Source: Octopus bimaculoides
Taxonomy: Eukaryota
DNA: 45,284 nt
Assembly (NCBI RefSeq): GCF_001194135.2
Contig: NC_068981.1
Location: 164,631,382 to 164,676,665 of the forward strand
Reading direction: 5' to 3'
Shown one piece after another: positions 1 through 13,133 of this stretch (within the stretch, counting starts at the first letter, position 1; every line of letters begins with the position of its first letter). A model generated the notes under the pieces. The model saw only the letters and a list, made by a program, of their open reading frames with translations. It had not been told where the DNA came from and made no database searches. Made by a program: the position numbers and the translations under genes.

Positions 1-160
1 TATATATATGTATATATATATGTATATATGTATATATATGTATATATATATGTATATATATATATGTATACATATATATATATATATATACCTATATATT
101 TACATATATATATATATACCTACATACATACATACATACATACATACATACATACATAAA
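1..160. repeat. Compound (TA)n/(TATG)n/(TACA)n microsatellite
   Basis: Directly visible. Confidence 0.97.
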
Positions 161-499
161 AGCATATATACAACCATTTGGGTTTACTGGTGTAAAATGG
201 CGTCGATATGAAAAGTTATATACGAATATTAAGCATATGATTTAAGTTATAGAACGAAGGTCGACAAATTCAATCATATTTTTCATAAATGAAGGAGATT
301 AGATGTTAATATGGGATAAAAAAATTTTCAATTCGCTTGACGATCGTTTCGTACAGAAATACAATAAATTCAGTGTAAGAACCTGAGTTGCCAAAGAGTA
401 CTCATCAGTAGCACAAGAAGAAAAAATAAGAACTTAATAAAGAAAAAATGGATTTAAGAATTACATGGGTATTGTCTTCTTAGTAATTTTTAATGTGTA

Positions 500-1250
500 A
501 TTTTTCTTGGAGTCATGTCTATTTAAAACACGACTAACGGGTAATGGTTAGGTGATGATATATATAACATAGAAATATAAGTAATTTTCTCTCTATCGAT
601 TAGTGTAAATGAACTAGTTTAAAATTCCATATATGAAGTAAGAAGCAAGTAGGGTTGAAAAACAAAATAAGGAAGTACGGAATTTTTAAATACAGGAGAC
701 TGAAATATATATTTGACCGTTAATAACTATTTTGTTTTCTTTTTAAATTAGAAAAAATATTTAAGAGCCCTCATTAATGGTTAGTGGTATATAAACTTTA
801 TAACAGAATGTTTATGTAAATAGTATGTCAGAAATATAGGAGATAATCTACCGAAAATAGTTAAAGCAGTGAAATTTAGATACTAATAGGCAGTTAATAC
901 GATAATATAAGAAAAGTATGAAAATTATAAGGATAATAAATAAATATATGAAAATTAGAGGATACTTTACTTACATTGTTCGCTGCTAAAACTATAGAAC
1001 ATCTATGGAATTGTATATAGAAGAAATATATCGAAAAGGTTTGAGAATAATTTTAGAGAGAGTAAATATAATCGAAAGTTGACTAGTGTAGGGGAGATAA
1101 TAAATAGGGGGGATGGTCTAGTTTATATCTGGTAGGAAACTGGAAAATTTAGAAATATTGGCATTATATGTATATGAGTATGGTTACTCAGAAAAAGTTT
1201 TTCATGTGTTTTATATGATTATACATATAAAGGTTTGTACATGTAGATAC
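500..1250 (+). mobile_element. Highly decayed L1-like LINE ORF2 3' relic
   Basis: At about 975-1050: cat tgt tcg ctg (HCSL), then KTIEHLWNC and EKV*E, resembling the CxxC...ETIEHLFxxC...KVW zinc-knuckle region. Boundaries approximate. Confidence 0.4.
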
Positions 1251-1496
1251 CAGTACAACTAAATATGCATATAAAAAAACAGTTTTTGTACAAGTAAAAC
1301 GACAATTATGTGTATACACATACAATGTATATACTGTCCATTATGGACAAAAAAGTAATCAGGTACCGAAACATACGATGATGCACATATGCACCCTATA
1401 GACGATAGTGACAAAGAGATACTGTTATACACTGAAAACCTGTACCCATGTACACATATGTACATAAATAATTTTTATGCGAAGATACAAAGATAT

Positions 1497-1498
<2 letters not shown>

Positions 1499-1577
<79 letters not shown>
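1499..1577. repeat. (AC)n microsatellite
   Basis: Directly visible. Confidence 0.98.
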
Positions 1578-1580
<3 letters not shown>

Positions 1581-1829
1581 AAAGGGACATTAGACAAACA
1601 GAAAGTGAAAGCCCTCTCTACATTGCACTGCAATCTGGTAAATTTTTCTACATGACACTAAAATTTAATGCGATCCGCTCTTACAAACAGAATTTATTAT
1701 CAATAAATTCAGTGGTAGCAAAGCCGGACAAATGACAATTTTAGCAAATTAAAAAAACTTTTGATGTGCTTAATGATATACGTATATAAATTCTTAATGA
1801 AATGAAATTTGTCTTTTAGTTGCAGACAT

Positions 1830-2245
1830 AAAAAAAATAATAAATAAATCACGGCATTTCTTAGCAATTCTCAAATAGAGGAAGAGATGATTTTAAGATT
1901 AAAAAGAAATTCTACTGAAAATTGAATCTTCAGTCGTAGTAAAACAATATTGTCTTCTTTAACAACTACAGACATGTTTGGATTTTGTTAGACATCAACA
2001 GAACAGTTTTCTGAAGCTTGCTTTGATCAGTGGGCAGAATTTACAAGAAAAACAATTGCAGAGTTTTGCCCGGTTTAATTTGTCTGATTACAATAAGTGA
2101 GCTAGGGACTAAATACTTGAAATTTTAGTTACACCCTTTTAAAAAATTATTTCAATGGCTCTGAGGTCAGCTTAGCTTCTCATATTTTCAAAGACGATGG
2201 AAATAAATATCTGTCAACTGCCGAGGACTACTAGACAAGCCTGTA
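1830..2245 (+). mobile_element. Possible very decayed hAT transposase C-terminal relic
   Basis: ...GSEVSLASHIFKDDGNKYLSTAEDY* loosely resembles CEAGFSxLxxIKxKYRxRLxVEDDL. Confidence 0.25.
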
Positions 2246-3863
2246 ATGCAACCCACAACATGTGACTGTGTCATTGTCCCTAATCGATAAAGAGCGATAA
2301 ACCATGAGGTCTTATTAAATAATTTAAGTTATAATGTCACCGAGCGATACAGAAAATGTCACTGGTTTACTCGCTTTTTCTCCAGGAAAATACGAGCAGG
2401 CGCAAAGAAAAACTATTGAATATCTTGGTATTCACAAAAAGCATGGAAATTCTTCGTACCAAAACTGAAACTGTTTTTGACCCAAAATGAAAAAAAACAA
2501 AAACATCAGAGTATCTAACAAAGACTATAATTTCATAACTGGAAATAGCCACCAGCTTTGTCGGATAGACTCGAACATTCTTTAAGCATATTAGATTTAA
2601 GCGTATACAGATGCGTATTGAATACAGTACGCGTCTATATTTTGTTATATATATTTTATCATTTTTATTAACTAGAAATTTACGGGATTATCATCTTAGC
2701 CATCTGTTAAGTATCGTTACATAAATTCGATGCTGCTGAAGATTTAAATGTATTTTGAAATACACAAGACATGAGTGCAAATATTTACTTTCTAAACAGA
2801 CATAGTAAAACACATACACAGACATACACGAGATCGATATATTGAAGATCAAGAAGTATGATTTGGTATTGGAACATTTTTCATAGAGAACCAAATATCA
2901 ATATTTGCAGATTGATGCTCTACTTAGTTAAAGGAGCAAATGTAAATGCTAAAATAACGTTACCTTTACTTTTATTATATAAACGTATGCATACATACGC
3001 GCACGCAGATCTAAACACCCTTATACATACATGCATACATACATACATACATACATACATACATNNNNNNNNNNNNNNNNNNNNNNNNNNNNNNNNNNNN
3101 NNNNNNNNNNNNNNNNNNNNNNNNNNNNNNNNNNNNNNNNNNNNNNNNNNNNNNNNNNNNNNNNNNNNNNNNNNNNNNNNNNNNNNNNNNNNNNNNNNNN
3201 NNNNNNNNNNNNNNNNNNNNNNNNNNNNNNNNNNNNNNNNNNNNNNNNNNNNNNNNNNNNNNNNNNNNNNNNNNNNNNNNNNNNNNNNNNNNNNNNNNNN
3301 NNNNNNNNNNNNNNNNNNNNNNNNNNNNNNNNNNNNNNNNNNNNNNNNNNNNNNNNNNNNNNNNNNNNNNNNNNNNNNNNNNNNNNNNNNNNNNNNNNNN
3401 NNNNNNNNNNNNNNNNNNNNNNNNNNNNNNNNNNNNNNNNNNNNNNNNNNNNNNNNNNNNNNNNNNNNNNNNNNNNNNNNNNNNNNNNNNNNNNNNNNNN
3501 NNNNNNNNNNNNNNNNNNNNNNNNNNNNNNNNNNNNNNNNNNNNNNNNNNNNNNNNNNNNNNNNNNNNNNNNNNNNNNNNNNNNNNNNNNNNNNNNNNNN
3601 NNNNNNNNNNNNNNNNNNNNNNNNNNNNNNNNNNNNNNNNNNNNNNNNNNNNNNNNNNNNNNNNNNNNNNNNNNNNNNNNNNNNNNNNNNNNNNNNNNNN
3701 NNNNNNNNNNNNNNNNNNNNNNNNNNNNNNNNNNNNNNNNNNNNNNNNNNNNNNNNNNNNNNNNNNNNNNNNNNNNNNNNNNNNNNNNNNNNNNNNNNNN
3801 NNNNNNNNNNNNNNNNNNNNNNNNNNNNNNNNNNNNNNNNNNNNNNNNNNNNNNNNNNNNNNN

Positions 3864-3919
<56 letters not shown>

Positions 3920-4476
3920 GAGAGATGTTTAAATTTGTGTGTGGTGTCGTGTGTGTGTACGCGCGCGTAATACTAATTTATAAGAAACAATTCGAGTATG
4001 AAAAAAGACATCTCTTTATTTATGGAATAATATTCGCCATGACTCGAAAACTTCTTTTTTTTCCCTGTCACCCTATATATTACTGCATAACTAGGTCAAG
4101 ATTAATGTAGAGGACTCGGTAAATTTCAAGTGCAAACATTGCAAAAATATTTCGAAGACTGATACCAACATTCTATTATTCTGAGTAAGTGTTATAACCC
4201 GTGATCAACAGCGATGCTAAATATTTGTTTATTGTATTTTTAATAACATATATATTCAAAATTTGAATAAATATCTTTATGATGCATGTGATATTTTATA
4301 AATGTGACAACTTTTCTTTCTTACTTTTTGTTCGTTTTACAATGAGGGTAGTTACAGACATTCTGAAAATATATTAATAACAAAACAAAATAAAGCTATT
4401 CATTTAGAGAAATATTTAAAATTTGTTATATTTTTGAAAAATTTATTACTATTCTTATTTATTTATTTAAACTCAG

Positions 4477-4521
4477 GAAACACCGGAAGCAGGAAGGATG
4501 ATAGCACGAAAGCTATTCAGC
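4477..4521 (+). CDS. Candidate internal mini-exon (45 nt)
   Basis: aaactcag|GAAAC...CAGC|gtatga; phase 1-1 reads GNTGSRKDDSTKAIQ. Confidence 0.25.
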
Positions 4522-4928
4522 GTATGAAAAAATTCTTAACGCAATAATATAGCACTTGATTCATTAAATCACTTTTATTCTTCAATTATTGAAGATAACT
4601 GTCTGAGATTTTTAGGCATACTCCAAATAGTGACATTTCACACACCTATCTGTTTATCGTGTGCTTACTGGCGCCATTTTTCTCGAAAAAATTTTAAGCT
4701 AAAAGGACAAAAAGAAAAATGACTACAAAGTTTATTCAGCTATGAATTTTTTTAAAGTCATCTATGAGATTTATGATTCATATTTTTTAAATTCAAATTA
4801 ATACACCGATACAAATGTCTGCTGGATTTTATGTAGAATATATGTTATTGCTTTTCTTTATTTTCGATAATAATAGATGTCGGTGGAGCTCGAAATTGCG
4901 CTCATCTGTATTTGAAGCAAATATGAAA

Positions 4929-5500
4929 CTGGTAGAATCGCTAGCGCGTCGGACAAAATGCTTAGTGGCATTCTTCTGGATGTTCAAATCCCGTCGAGGT
5001 CGACTCTGATTTTTATCATAAGCGCAGGCGTGGCTGTGTGGTAAGAAGCTAGCTTCCCAACCAGGTTCCAGGTTCAGTCCCACTAAGTGGTACCTTGGGC
5101 AAGTGTCTTCTATTATAGCCTCGGGCTGACCAAAGCCCTGTGAGTGGATTTAGTAGACGAAACTAAAGGAAGTTCGTCGTATATATATCTATGTGAGTGT
5201 GACTTTTTGTCTGTTTTTGTCCTCCCATCACTACTTGACAACCATTGTTGGTGTGTTTACGTCTCCGTAATAAGTACTAGGCTTAAAAAAAACGAGTCTC
5301 GTGGTCGACTTGTTCGACTAAATCCCCTTAAAGAGGGTGCTACAGCATGGCTCAATCAAGTTAATGAAACAAGTAAAAGAATAAAAGAATAAAACAATAA
5401 AACAATACTGGGTCGATAGAATAAATGTCTGTCGTACAATGGGGTCAATGCAACCAACTTATTCCATCTTTTAAAAATAGTTGGCCTTATGCCGAAAGCT
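4929..5500 (+). mobile_element. SINE family A copy split by the family B SINE (4929-5020 and 5408-5500)
   Basis: The left part ends gaggtcgactctgatttttatcat and the right part resumes ctgggtcgatagaataa...ggccttatgcc, collinear with the intact copy at 14040-14243. Confidence 0.8.
5021..5407 (+). mobile_element. Full-length tRNA-derived CORE-like SINE (family B)
   Basis: Head GCGCAGGCGTGGCTGTGTGGTAAG (A box), GGTTCAGTCCC (B box), CORE-like ccttgggcaagtgtcttct, internal microsatellite, (AAGAATA)n-type tail. Confidence 0.9.
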
Positions 5501-5529
5501 AAATTGTTTTCCCTAATATTCAAGCAAAG

Positions 5530-5625
5530 GCTTAGTTGAGTCATTCGCGCGTCGCACAAAATACTTAATGGCATTTTCTCCCAATTCTTTACGTTCGGGT
5601 TTAAATGTCGCCGAGGTCAAATCCA
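5530..5625 (+). mobile_element. Degenerate SINE family A 5' fragment
   Basis: cgcgtcgcacaaaatacttaatggcatttt...tttacgttcgggtttaaatgtcgccgaggtca resembles the family A head. Confidence 0.6.
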
Positions 5626-6368
5626 GGCGGTATAAATATGTGTTTTTGATAAGACGGATATCATTTATTAAGTGGACAAGAGTAACCATATATAAAAAGA
5701 AAACGGTTGTTGACATAATTAAGAAATACAGAGCAAAATCCTCTGAGATTTACAAACTATCAATTATTGATGGTAATTTAATGTATTTATACTGATTTGT
5801 CATTCAGGTTTTCCCTTAATGTAATTATGTTGAAAATCCAGTCATTAAAACAATATCTTTGAATTCTCATCGCAATATATCAAGAAGGCTTCCACATAGT
5901 TTCCATGTATCCATTTTTGCTGGTACATCTTGTACCAAATCTAGACTACGGCTGAAGGCATTTAGCCAAGATTTGATTGACAAGTGAATTTTTAAATAAT
6001 TCAGCTGTGCTCGCTCATAATAGAGTACTTCAATATTCTTTAATTCGCAAGCATTAAAAAAACTGCAGGGAATTCTTGCGCGCGTGTGTGTGTGTGTGTG
6101 CGCACACACACGCATGCCTATTTTCTAAGTCGCAAGAATTCAAATTAAATACAAGTTTCTCTTAATTCACCCTTTAACAGCTCCTAAGGAGTTTCATTAT
6201 AATTCTGGTGTAGAAAACACCCACCGGCTAATCTATGAATTTCATTTTAATTATGGAAGGGATAGAACAAGGAGAAAGAACAGATTTTGTACAAAAGTCA
6301 GAAACAACAAATAATAGAATTCCAACAACTTCAGGTGATACATTTGACAAAACACACGTATATATATA

Positions 6369-6423
<55 letters not shown>

Positions 6424-7314
6424 NNNNNNNNNNNNNNNNNNNNNNNNNNNNNNNNNNNNNNNNNNNNNNNNNNNNNNNNNNNNNNNNNNNNNNNNNNNNN
6501 NNNNNNNNNNNNNNNNNNNNNNNNNNNNNNNNNNNNNNNNNNNNNNNNNNNNNNNNNNNNNNNNNNNNNNNNNNNNNNNNNNNNNNNNNNNNNNNNNNNN
6601 NNNNNNNNNNNNNNNNNNNNNNNNNNNNNNNNNNNNNNNNNNNNNNNNNNNNNNNNNNNNNNNNNNNNNNNNNNNNNNNNNNNNNNNNNNNNNNNNNNNN
6701 NNNNNNNNNNNNNNNNNNNNNNNNNNNNNNNNNNNNNNNNNNNNNNNNNNNNNNNNNNNNNNNNNNNNNNNNNNNNNNNNNNNNNNNNNNNNNNNNNNNN
6801 NNNNNNNNNNNNNNNNNNNNNNNNNNNNNNNNNNNNNNNNNNNNNNNNNNNNNNNNNNNNNNNNNNNNNNNNNNNNNNNNNNNNNNNNNNNNNNNNNNNN
6901 NNNNNNNNNNNNNNNNNNNNNNNNNNNNNNNNNNNNNNNNNNNNNNNNNNNNNNNNNNNNNNNNNNNNNNNNNNNNNNNNNNNNNNNNNNNNNNNNNNNN
7001 NNNNNNNNNNNNNNNNNNNNNNNNNNNNNNNNNNNNNNNNNNNNNNNNNNNNNNNNNNNNNNNNNNNNNNNNNNNNNNNNNNNNNNNNNNNNNNNNNNNN
7101 NNNNNNNNNNNNNNNNNNNNNNNNNNNNNNNNNNNNNNNNNNNNNNNNNNNNNNNNNNNNNNNNNNNNNNNNNNNNNNNNNNNNNNNNNNNNNNNNNNNN
7201 NNNNNNNNNNNNNNNNNNNNNNNNNNNNNNNNNNNNNNNTATGTATGTATGTATGTATGTATGTAGGTAGGTATGTATATATCTTGTTAATTTCGTTATT
7301 CATCTTTGTTTTTA

Positions 7315-7500
7315 CGAATTATCTTTCACTTGTTTCACTCATTAGACTGCAGCCATGCTGGAGCACCACCTTGAAGAGTTTTAGTCGAACGAATTGATCC
7401 CAGTACCTACTTTTTCAATGTGTTCTTTATTATATCGGTCTTATGCCGGACCGCTAGGTTATGAGGATGTAAACAAACCAACAAGCCGCGATGGGAGACA
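7315..7500 (-). mobile_element. SINE family B 3' fragment
   Basis: gactgcagccatgctggagcaccacc...ccgctaggttatgaggatgtaaac is the reverse complement of the family B 3' half. Confidence 0.8.
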
Positions 7501-7925
7501 AGGTTAACTATTTTAGCCAAAAACCGTTAAACTCGTGAAAGATGAGACTAAATTCATGCATTTACCTCGATAAAGTGTTTTACCCACCTTTCATAAAGTA
7601 TGCTTATGTAAAGGGCGAATATAATGGAAGCAATTGATTTCAATAAACGTTGTTCTTTAGTAATAATATAAGTTTTGAGAGTCAACGCAAAAATAGACCC
7701 AACAAAATTTGAAGAGAGTAGATAGAAGGATAAAAACTAAAAATAAAAAAGTATTTATGATACAATACATGTAAAGCACAACAAAAGCACTTGAATAAAT
7801 TAAAAAATTAGAACGTCTTAACTGAGAGAAAAGTATTAAGAATCTAGACACTTTTTCTTCGTTTTTGATGAATTGAAAAGTAAAAAGGAAAACATTTGAC
7901 AGTATGTTTCATTGTTTGTTAACAG

Positions 7926-7991
7926 CTTCTCAGAGGAAATGCCGATATGCTACTCTCTTAGCTGTCTCTCACATACCGATTTCTTGCTCAG
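7926..7991 (+). CDS. Candidate internal mini-exon (66 nt)
   Basis: ttgtttgttaacag|CTTC...CTCAG|gtaaaa; phase 1-1 reads SQRKCRYATLLAVSHIPISCS. Confidence 0.28.
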
Positions 7992-9202
7992 GTAAAAGTT
8001 TACATGTCTATAATAGCGAATATGAGCCTGAAGAGCCATTAAGTTTTCTCCTATGGTGAAATCAATGAAAAACCGAGCGACCATTATAGCATCTCCTATA
8101 ACAATGTTAATGTAAAGGAAAAGAATTGAGTCCAATCGGAATCGAAACTGAGCATGTAATCAGCCTGCTTAATCGATCTTCGTTCGATGTTGATTTCCAT
8201 CATCCGTAATAACTGTAAAGTCAGCCACCGAAATGTCATTGCATTTTCATAACTTACGCCCGCTCTACTTTACTGATTTATTGTTATCCACCAGTCCGAA
8301 ATAGGAAGAATAGAAAATTAAATTTGTAGCTAACTAATCGTTAAATACTCAAAACCCCGAACAAAAACCAACCACCATCAATTTTTACGCATCACTTTTG
8401 GATTTTACAATTTTTAACGTTACAAGTAAACACAACTGAACAGGAAAATATATTCATTGAATTTCATTCTCTTTTTATAGCTTATTTATTTTACTAAATA
8501 TAATTTCGCCAATGGCTTCCAGTCCGACCACCTTTGAAATATGTTTGTTAATATTTTGTATTCTCGCTTGGAACTATAAATGTTGCTTGTAAGAGTTTTG
8601 ATGATGGTAACATTTTTTCCTCTATACCAAACACCAATCTAATTATCTTTCTGATCTTTGTAAAATGTCAAATATATGTATTATATCTAACTTCGTCTCA
8701 CAATATTTGATAATCTCTTTTCAAATTTATCAAATAATATACTACCGTGAAAAATTAGAGTTTTGAAGTTTTTCTGTTTTCGTATATCGATCTTTATAGC
8801 AGTTGACTTACGAAACTATCGTAATAGTTCCAGAGTATCTTGTAATTAAGTTTCACCATGAACACGTCAGAAGCATAAACCAAAGTCATCATTTTTACGT
8901 AAAACATCGAGAAATTAGCCTCTGGCTGGGCCATATATACTATTTAGATTGCTGCATAAAGACTTCAACATAGTTACGCACAAATGATGTCTGTGTTTAT
9001 TCGAGCTTGTTCCCTGTTATTAAATGTTTTCCTCGCTGCATGTCATAGATAACTGGCCTGAAATGCTTTTTCATTATGGTGTAATTGAAACAAAACACAT
9101 ATTAAATATTTAATTATTGTTTATTGCTAATCTGTCTGCGAAAGATCTATAATGCAGAACGTTAACAAAAGTTTCAGTAATATAAATACATACATACATA
9201 CA

Positions 9203-9234
<32 letters not shown>

Positions 9235-9699
9235 CATACTTCGAGAGAGAGAGAGAATATATATTTATATATATGTTTACACACACACACACATAAACAT
9301 ACAGAGTGCTTGATGCATTATTTACAATATATCATTTATTATAATATAATGGGTAAAGTGTCATCTTTTCCACTAGTTTAAGTTTCTTGCCAAATACGCA
9401 CACTTCAGACGGTATCTTAGCAAGGAAGTTTTACAAATCCTACGATTTATCATTAGCATAGGTTATCGATTTTAACCATTTTATTGAACTTTATTATTAA
9501 GTGGGATTCTAAATACTCAATGCAATATTCCGAATACAAACGTGTGTGTGTGTGTTTGCGTGTTTGTGTGCGTGCGTGTGTGTGTGTATGTGTGTGTGTG
9601 AGAGTGTGTGTGCGCGTGTGCATGTATCTATCTATGGATAGATGGATGTTTGTGAGTGTCATTGAATAATAATATATAAAAATATTAGGAGCTACCCTT

Positions 9700-9865
9700 C
9701 GGGGTTAGTAGATTGGCTGATTCGTATTGCGTCGCACGGATGCTTTACATAATTTGTTTCCACTATGGTCTAGGTTCAAGCCACGCCGAGCTTTTCTTTG
9801 TCTTTCAGGATTGATAAAATAAGTTACCAGTCAAATAATGAAATCGATATCTCCCCACTTCCCTC
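9700..9865 (+). mobile_element. Degenerate SINE family A copy
   Basis: ggttcaagccacgccgag...ctttcaggattgataaaataagttaccagtc...atcgat matches the family A core. Confidence 0.6.
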
Positions 9866-10556
9866 TCTCTCTCTATCTTTCTCTTTGTCCTTTCCTAAAT
9901 GGGTTGTGCTGCGACAAACGTGACAAAGGGATACGGACCTTCCTCAGTGTCTGTTTACTTCAAAACAAAGTTGACTTCATTTTAATGGGATAATGTAAAA
10001 GCCGAGTCACTATCTGAGTGTGGCACCTCATGATGATGAAGATAACTGTTTATATGATTTTCAGTTATGCTTCTAGTATTAGATTGCAACAGAAAATTTT
10101 TACAATACAGATAGTTAATGACATTGTTTCCCAAGAAGCACATTGCAACCATCCGTTATAATATGAAAGCTTCCGTTTGATTTTTCTGCTTGCGATCAAT
10201 AAATTAATCTATAGCGATGACCCTGTTATAATTTGCTCAATAAAATTGTATTTTCAGACAGCATTTGTCAAAAGTTTCAAACCTATTGTTTAAATGATCA
10301 GACACATTAGTGAATATGTGACATTCGTTATTCAAACAGAGATGTCGCGACTTAGATCTGTTTCTGTGTAGCATGCTGTACTTATGAATTCGATGTCAAA
10401 ACTATCGAGACTGCTTTCTTTTAATTTCCACATATAATTAGACGGGGTTGTAGCATTTCTGTTATTCAGGAAATTATTTCTCTTCATAAAGATGACACGT
10501 TATAAGCATTTTGTAGGCATATACATTATAGATAATACACATTTATATTTCTACAG

Positions 10557-10587
10557 CTGCACAAAATAGAATTTGTCCTATTGTCGC
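10557..10587 (+). CDS. Candidate internal mini-exon (31 nt)
   Basis: atatttctacag|CTGCAC...GTCGC|gtaaga; phase 1-2 reads AQNRICPIV. Confidence 0.25.
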
Positions 10588-11906
10588 GTAAGAAGTACTT
10601 GTTATACGCACCAACAATATTAGCGATACAATTGTAACTTTCTTTAATATTATTTCCCTCAGATAATTTAGAGAATTTATGAACGATTGGGAAGTTCTTT
10701 TGATAAACACAAAATAACCATACCTACATTTGATTTTATTTCGATGAAAATAGAAAATGAAGGCAAAAAATATCTCACTTTTCGTTCTTTCTTGAAAACG
10801 GATTTTCTGGATTAAAAGACTATCTTTTAAAATTTTAATACAAAATGCATCTTTTTAGCCAAGAAGATCAAATATGCTTTCTCTTAAGTATCATTCGCAT
10901 ATCCGTAACAGACAGTAATTCAGATGTCCAACTATTTCAATGTGATATTTAAATGCATGTATTTATTGGTTGATTAACAATTATCGATTTTATGGCATGC
11001 ATAATAATTTTAATAATACTGTATTTAACGGTAGAATGTTTTGCTCGTTTCCAGCACTGTTGTCACTAGAATCTTTATTAAAACTATATCAAATTGAGTA
11101 ATGCTTCACAAACTTTTATTTCTAAGTCAGCTACACCATTACTATGCGTTACTATGATTCTACTGGAAAGGTTAGAGGCTTCCTTAGTTCCGAATTGACT
11201 CTATACAGGATTTGTTTATCTGCACTTAGAATTACATGTCATCATTTTCTTATGGTCATTCAGAGTGTTATCAATTTCATAGTTGGATAAACATTCTCTT
11301 TTATCTGATTTTAATCTAGAAACTATAATCTTAATTATATTGTTAGTATTGTCTTTACTTTTGTGCAATAAATAGAACCTCACTTAGTATCCTTATTTAA
11401 TTCTAACACATTAGAGAAAGCGTAAACTTAGATAGATATAATAATGATAATATCTGATTCTAGTCAGCTTTGAAAGCTATAAATATCTTTTTTAGATCTT
11501 ACTTTGCTAATATAATAATCAGAAGTTATATAGTAAATAGTTACGCGTTTTCACCAAAGTTTTTAGATGGTGGTGGTTTCCGTTACATAGCTATCCACAT
11601 TTATTTTAAAACGTTTCGTTTCCGACAAACGTTTCATATTGTTCTTGCTAGATTCTCGCTAGGTAGTATCGGTATATTCTTCATTACTGTTTAAAAACAA
11701 GTCATTTTCTTTGATGAGAATGCACAAGAGTGAGAGTAGTATAACGAACAAAGTAAAGGCATGAATATAATTTGCATTCGATTCATTTCTTTGTTGTTAT
11801 AACAACGGACAGAACAAAGAAGTTTCAGTGAAAATTTACAGTCCTATCGCCTTGTGCTAACTACAGAAAATAAATACCATATTTGTAAAACTTCCTTACT
11901 AAGATT

Positions 11907-12294
11907 GTTGTTGTTGGCACTCCGTCGCTTACGACGTCGAGGGTTTCAGTCGATCCGATCAACGGAACAGCCTGCTCGTGAAATTAACATGCAAGTGGCT
12001 GAGCACTCCACAGACACGTGTACCCTTAACGTAGTTCTCGGGGATATTCAGCGTGACACAGTGTGACAAGGCTGGCCCCTTTGAAATACAGGTACAACAG
12101 AAACAGGAAGAAAGAGTGAGAGAAAGTTGTGGTGGAAGAGTACAGCAGGGTTCGCCACCATCCCCCGCCGGAGCCTCGTGGAGCTTTAGGTGTTTTCGCT
12201 CATTAAACACTCACAACGCCCGGTCTGGGAATCGAAACGGCGATCCTATGACCGCGAGTCCGCGCTGCCCTAACCACTGGGCCATTGCGCCTCC
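11907..12294 (-). mobile_element. Young full-length tRNA-derived SINE (family C) with target-site duplication
   Basis: Minus strand begins GGAGGCGCAATGGCCCAGTGGTTAGG (A box) ... GTTTCGATTCCC (B box) and ends in a (CAA)n tail; 8-bp direct repeat ACTAAGAT at 11898-11905 and 12301-12308. Confidence 0.92.
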
Positions 12295-13060
12295 ACTCTA
12301 ACTAAGATAGCTTCATAGCAAAAGGGAAAAAAATTAAAACACAAGTAGCCTACCTTGACTATTTTAGTGTGCTTTGCCTCTGAAATTTATGAAGTAGATT
12401 CTGTGTAACTTGTAAGATAATTAACGAGCAGCTTGGAAAATTAATATACATGAGCGCAGTTATTACCATGTTTATAGAATGGTCTTTTCAAAATCGTTAT
12501 GCCCTAGGTTTGTTTCATCAATCTACATGTCAGCTCCACAATGCTCATGTGAGAAAAATTGAGAAGATAGAAACTGTGATTAAGCTCGTCCGATAGGTTT
12601 GTTACAAGCATAAATCAGGTCACCCGTTTGAGGGTAGGTTCCTCCATTCTTTGCACACGTTTCAGAGTTTCTAATAAAGTAAAGAGAAGAAAAAAAAACT
12701 ATAGAAGTTTTCACCCTTCTTATAAGCTTCTTGTAGCAAAGAATTACACCAACAGACACATTCTTAATGTCAGGTCTATAGCCAAATTATTGCTGATACT
12801 GATTTTTCGTTAACGCCAAATGAACTCTGATTATAGGCATATAATCAATGACATACCAATTATAAACATGCCGCATGTTTAGGGCTTCTAGGACTACTTT
12901 ATCTAATGCATAATCTTATTTCATTATTTAAGATGACGGGACATTAAATGAGTAAAAATGGGCTGCTACTTCTTAAAAGTTGGAAAACCACGTAGTAACT
13001 CCTTCATCAAGTTGTATCGCAAGCATAACTGCGTGTTAAACCGCTTTCTCTGCGTCGTAG

Positions 13061-13133
13061 TTGTGTTTTCGATCTGAGTGTATGCAACACCAGGCCAATA
13101 TCTTCTATGATTATTTCAGGGCAACCAAACTTT
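13061..13133 (+). CDS. Candidate internal exon (73 nt)
   Basis: gctttctctgcgtcgtag|TTGTG...ACTTT|gtgagt; phase 2-0 reads CVFDLSVCNTRPISSMIISGQPNF. Confidence 0.25.

Noticed and set aside
8026-8070. CTGAAGA-gccat...atggt-GAAA hammerhead-like core
   Set aside because: Helix II forms, but there is no UH after helix III and no helix I; likely chance.
7977-8095. Minus-strand candidate exon GDAIMVARFFIDFTIGENLMALQAHIRYYRHVNFYLSKKS
   Set aside because: Plausible splice sites, but no recognisable homology, no supporting minus-strand exons, and it overlaps a plus-strand candidate with a stronger donor; unresolved without RNA data.
12220-12294. tRNA gene
   Set aside because: It is the tRNA-derived head of a SINE and continues into SINE body and tail.
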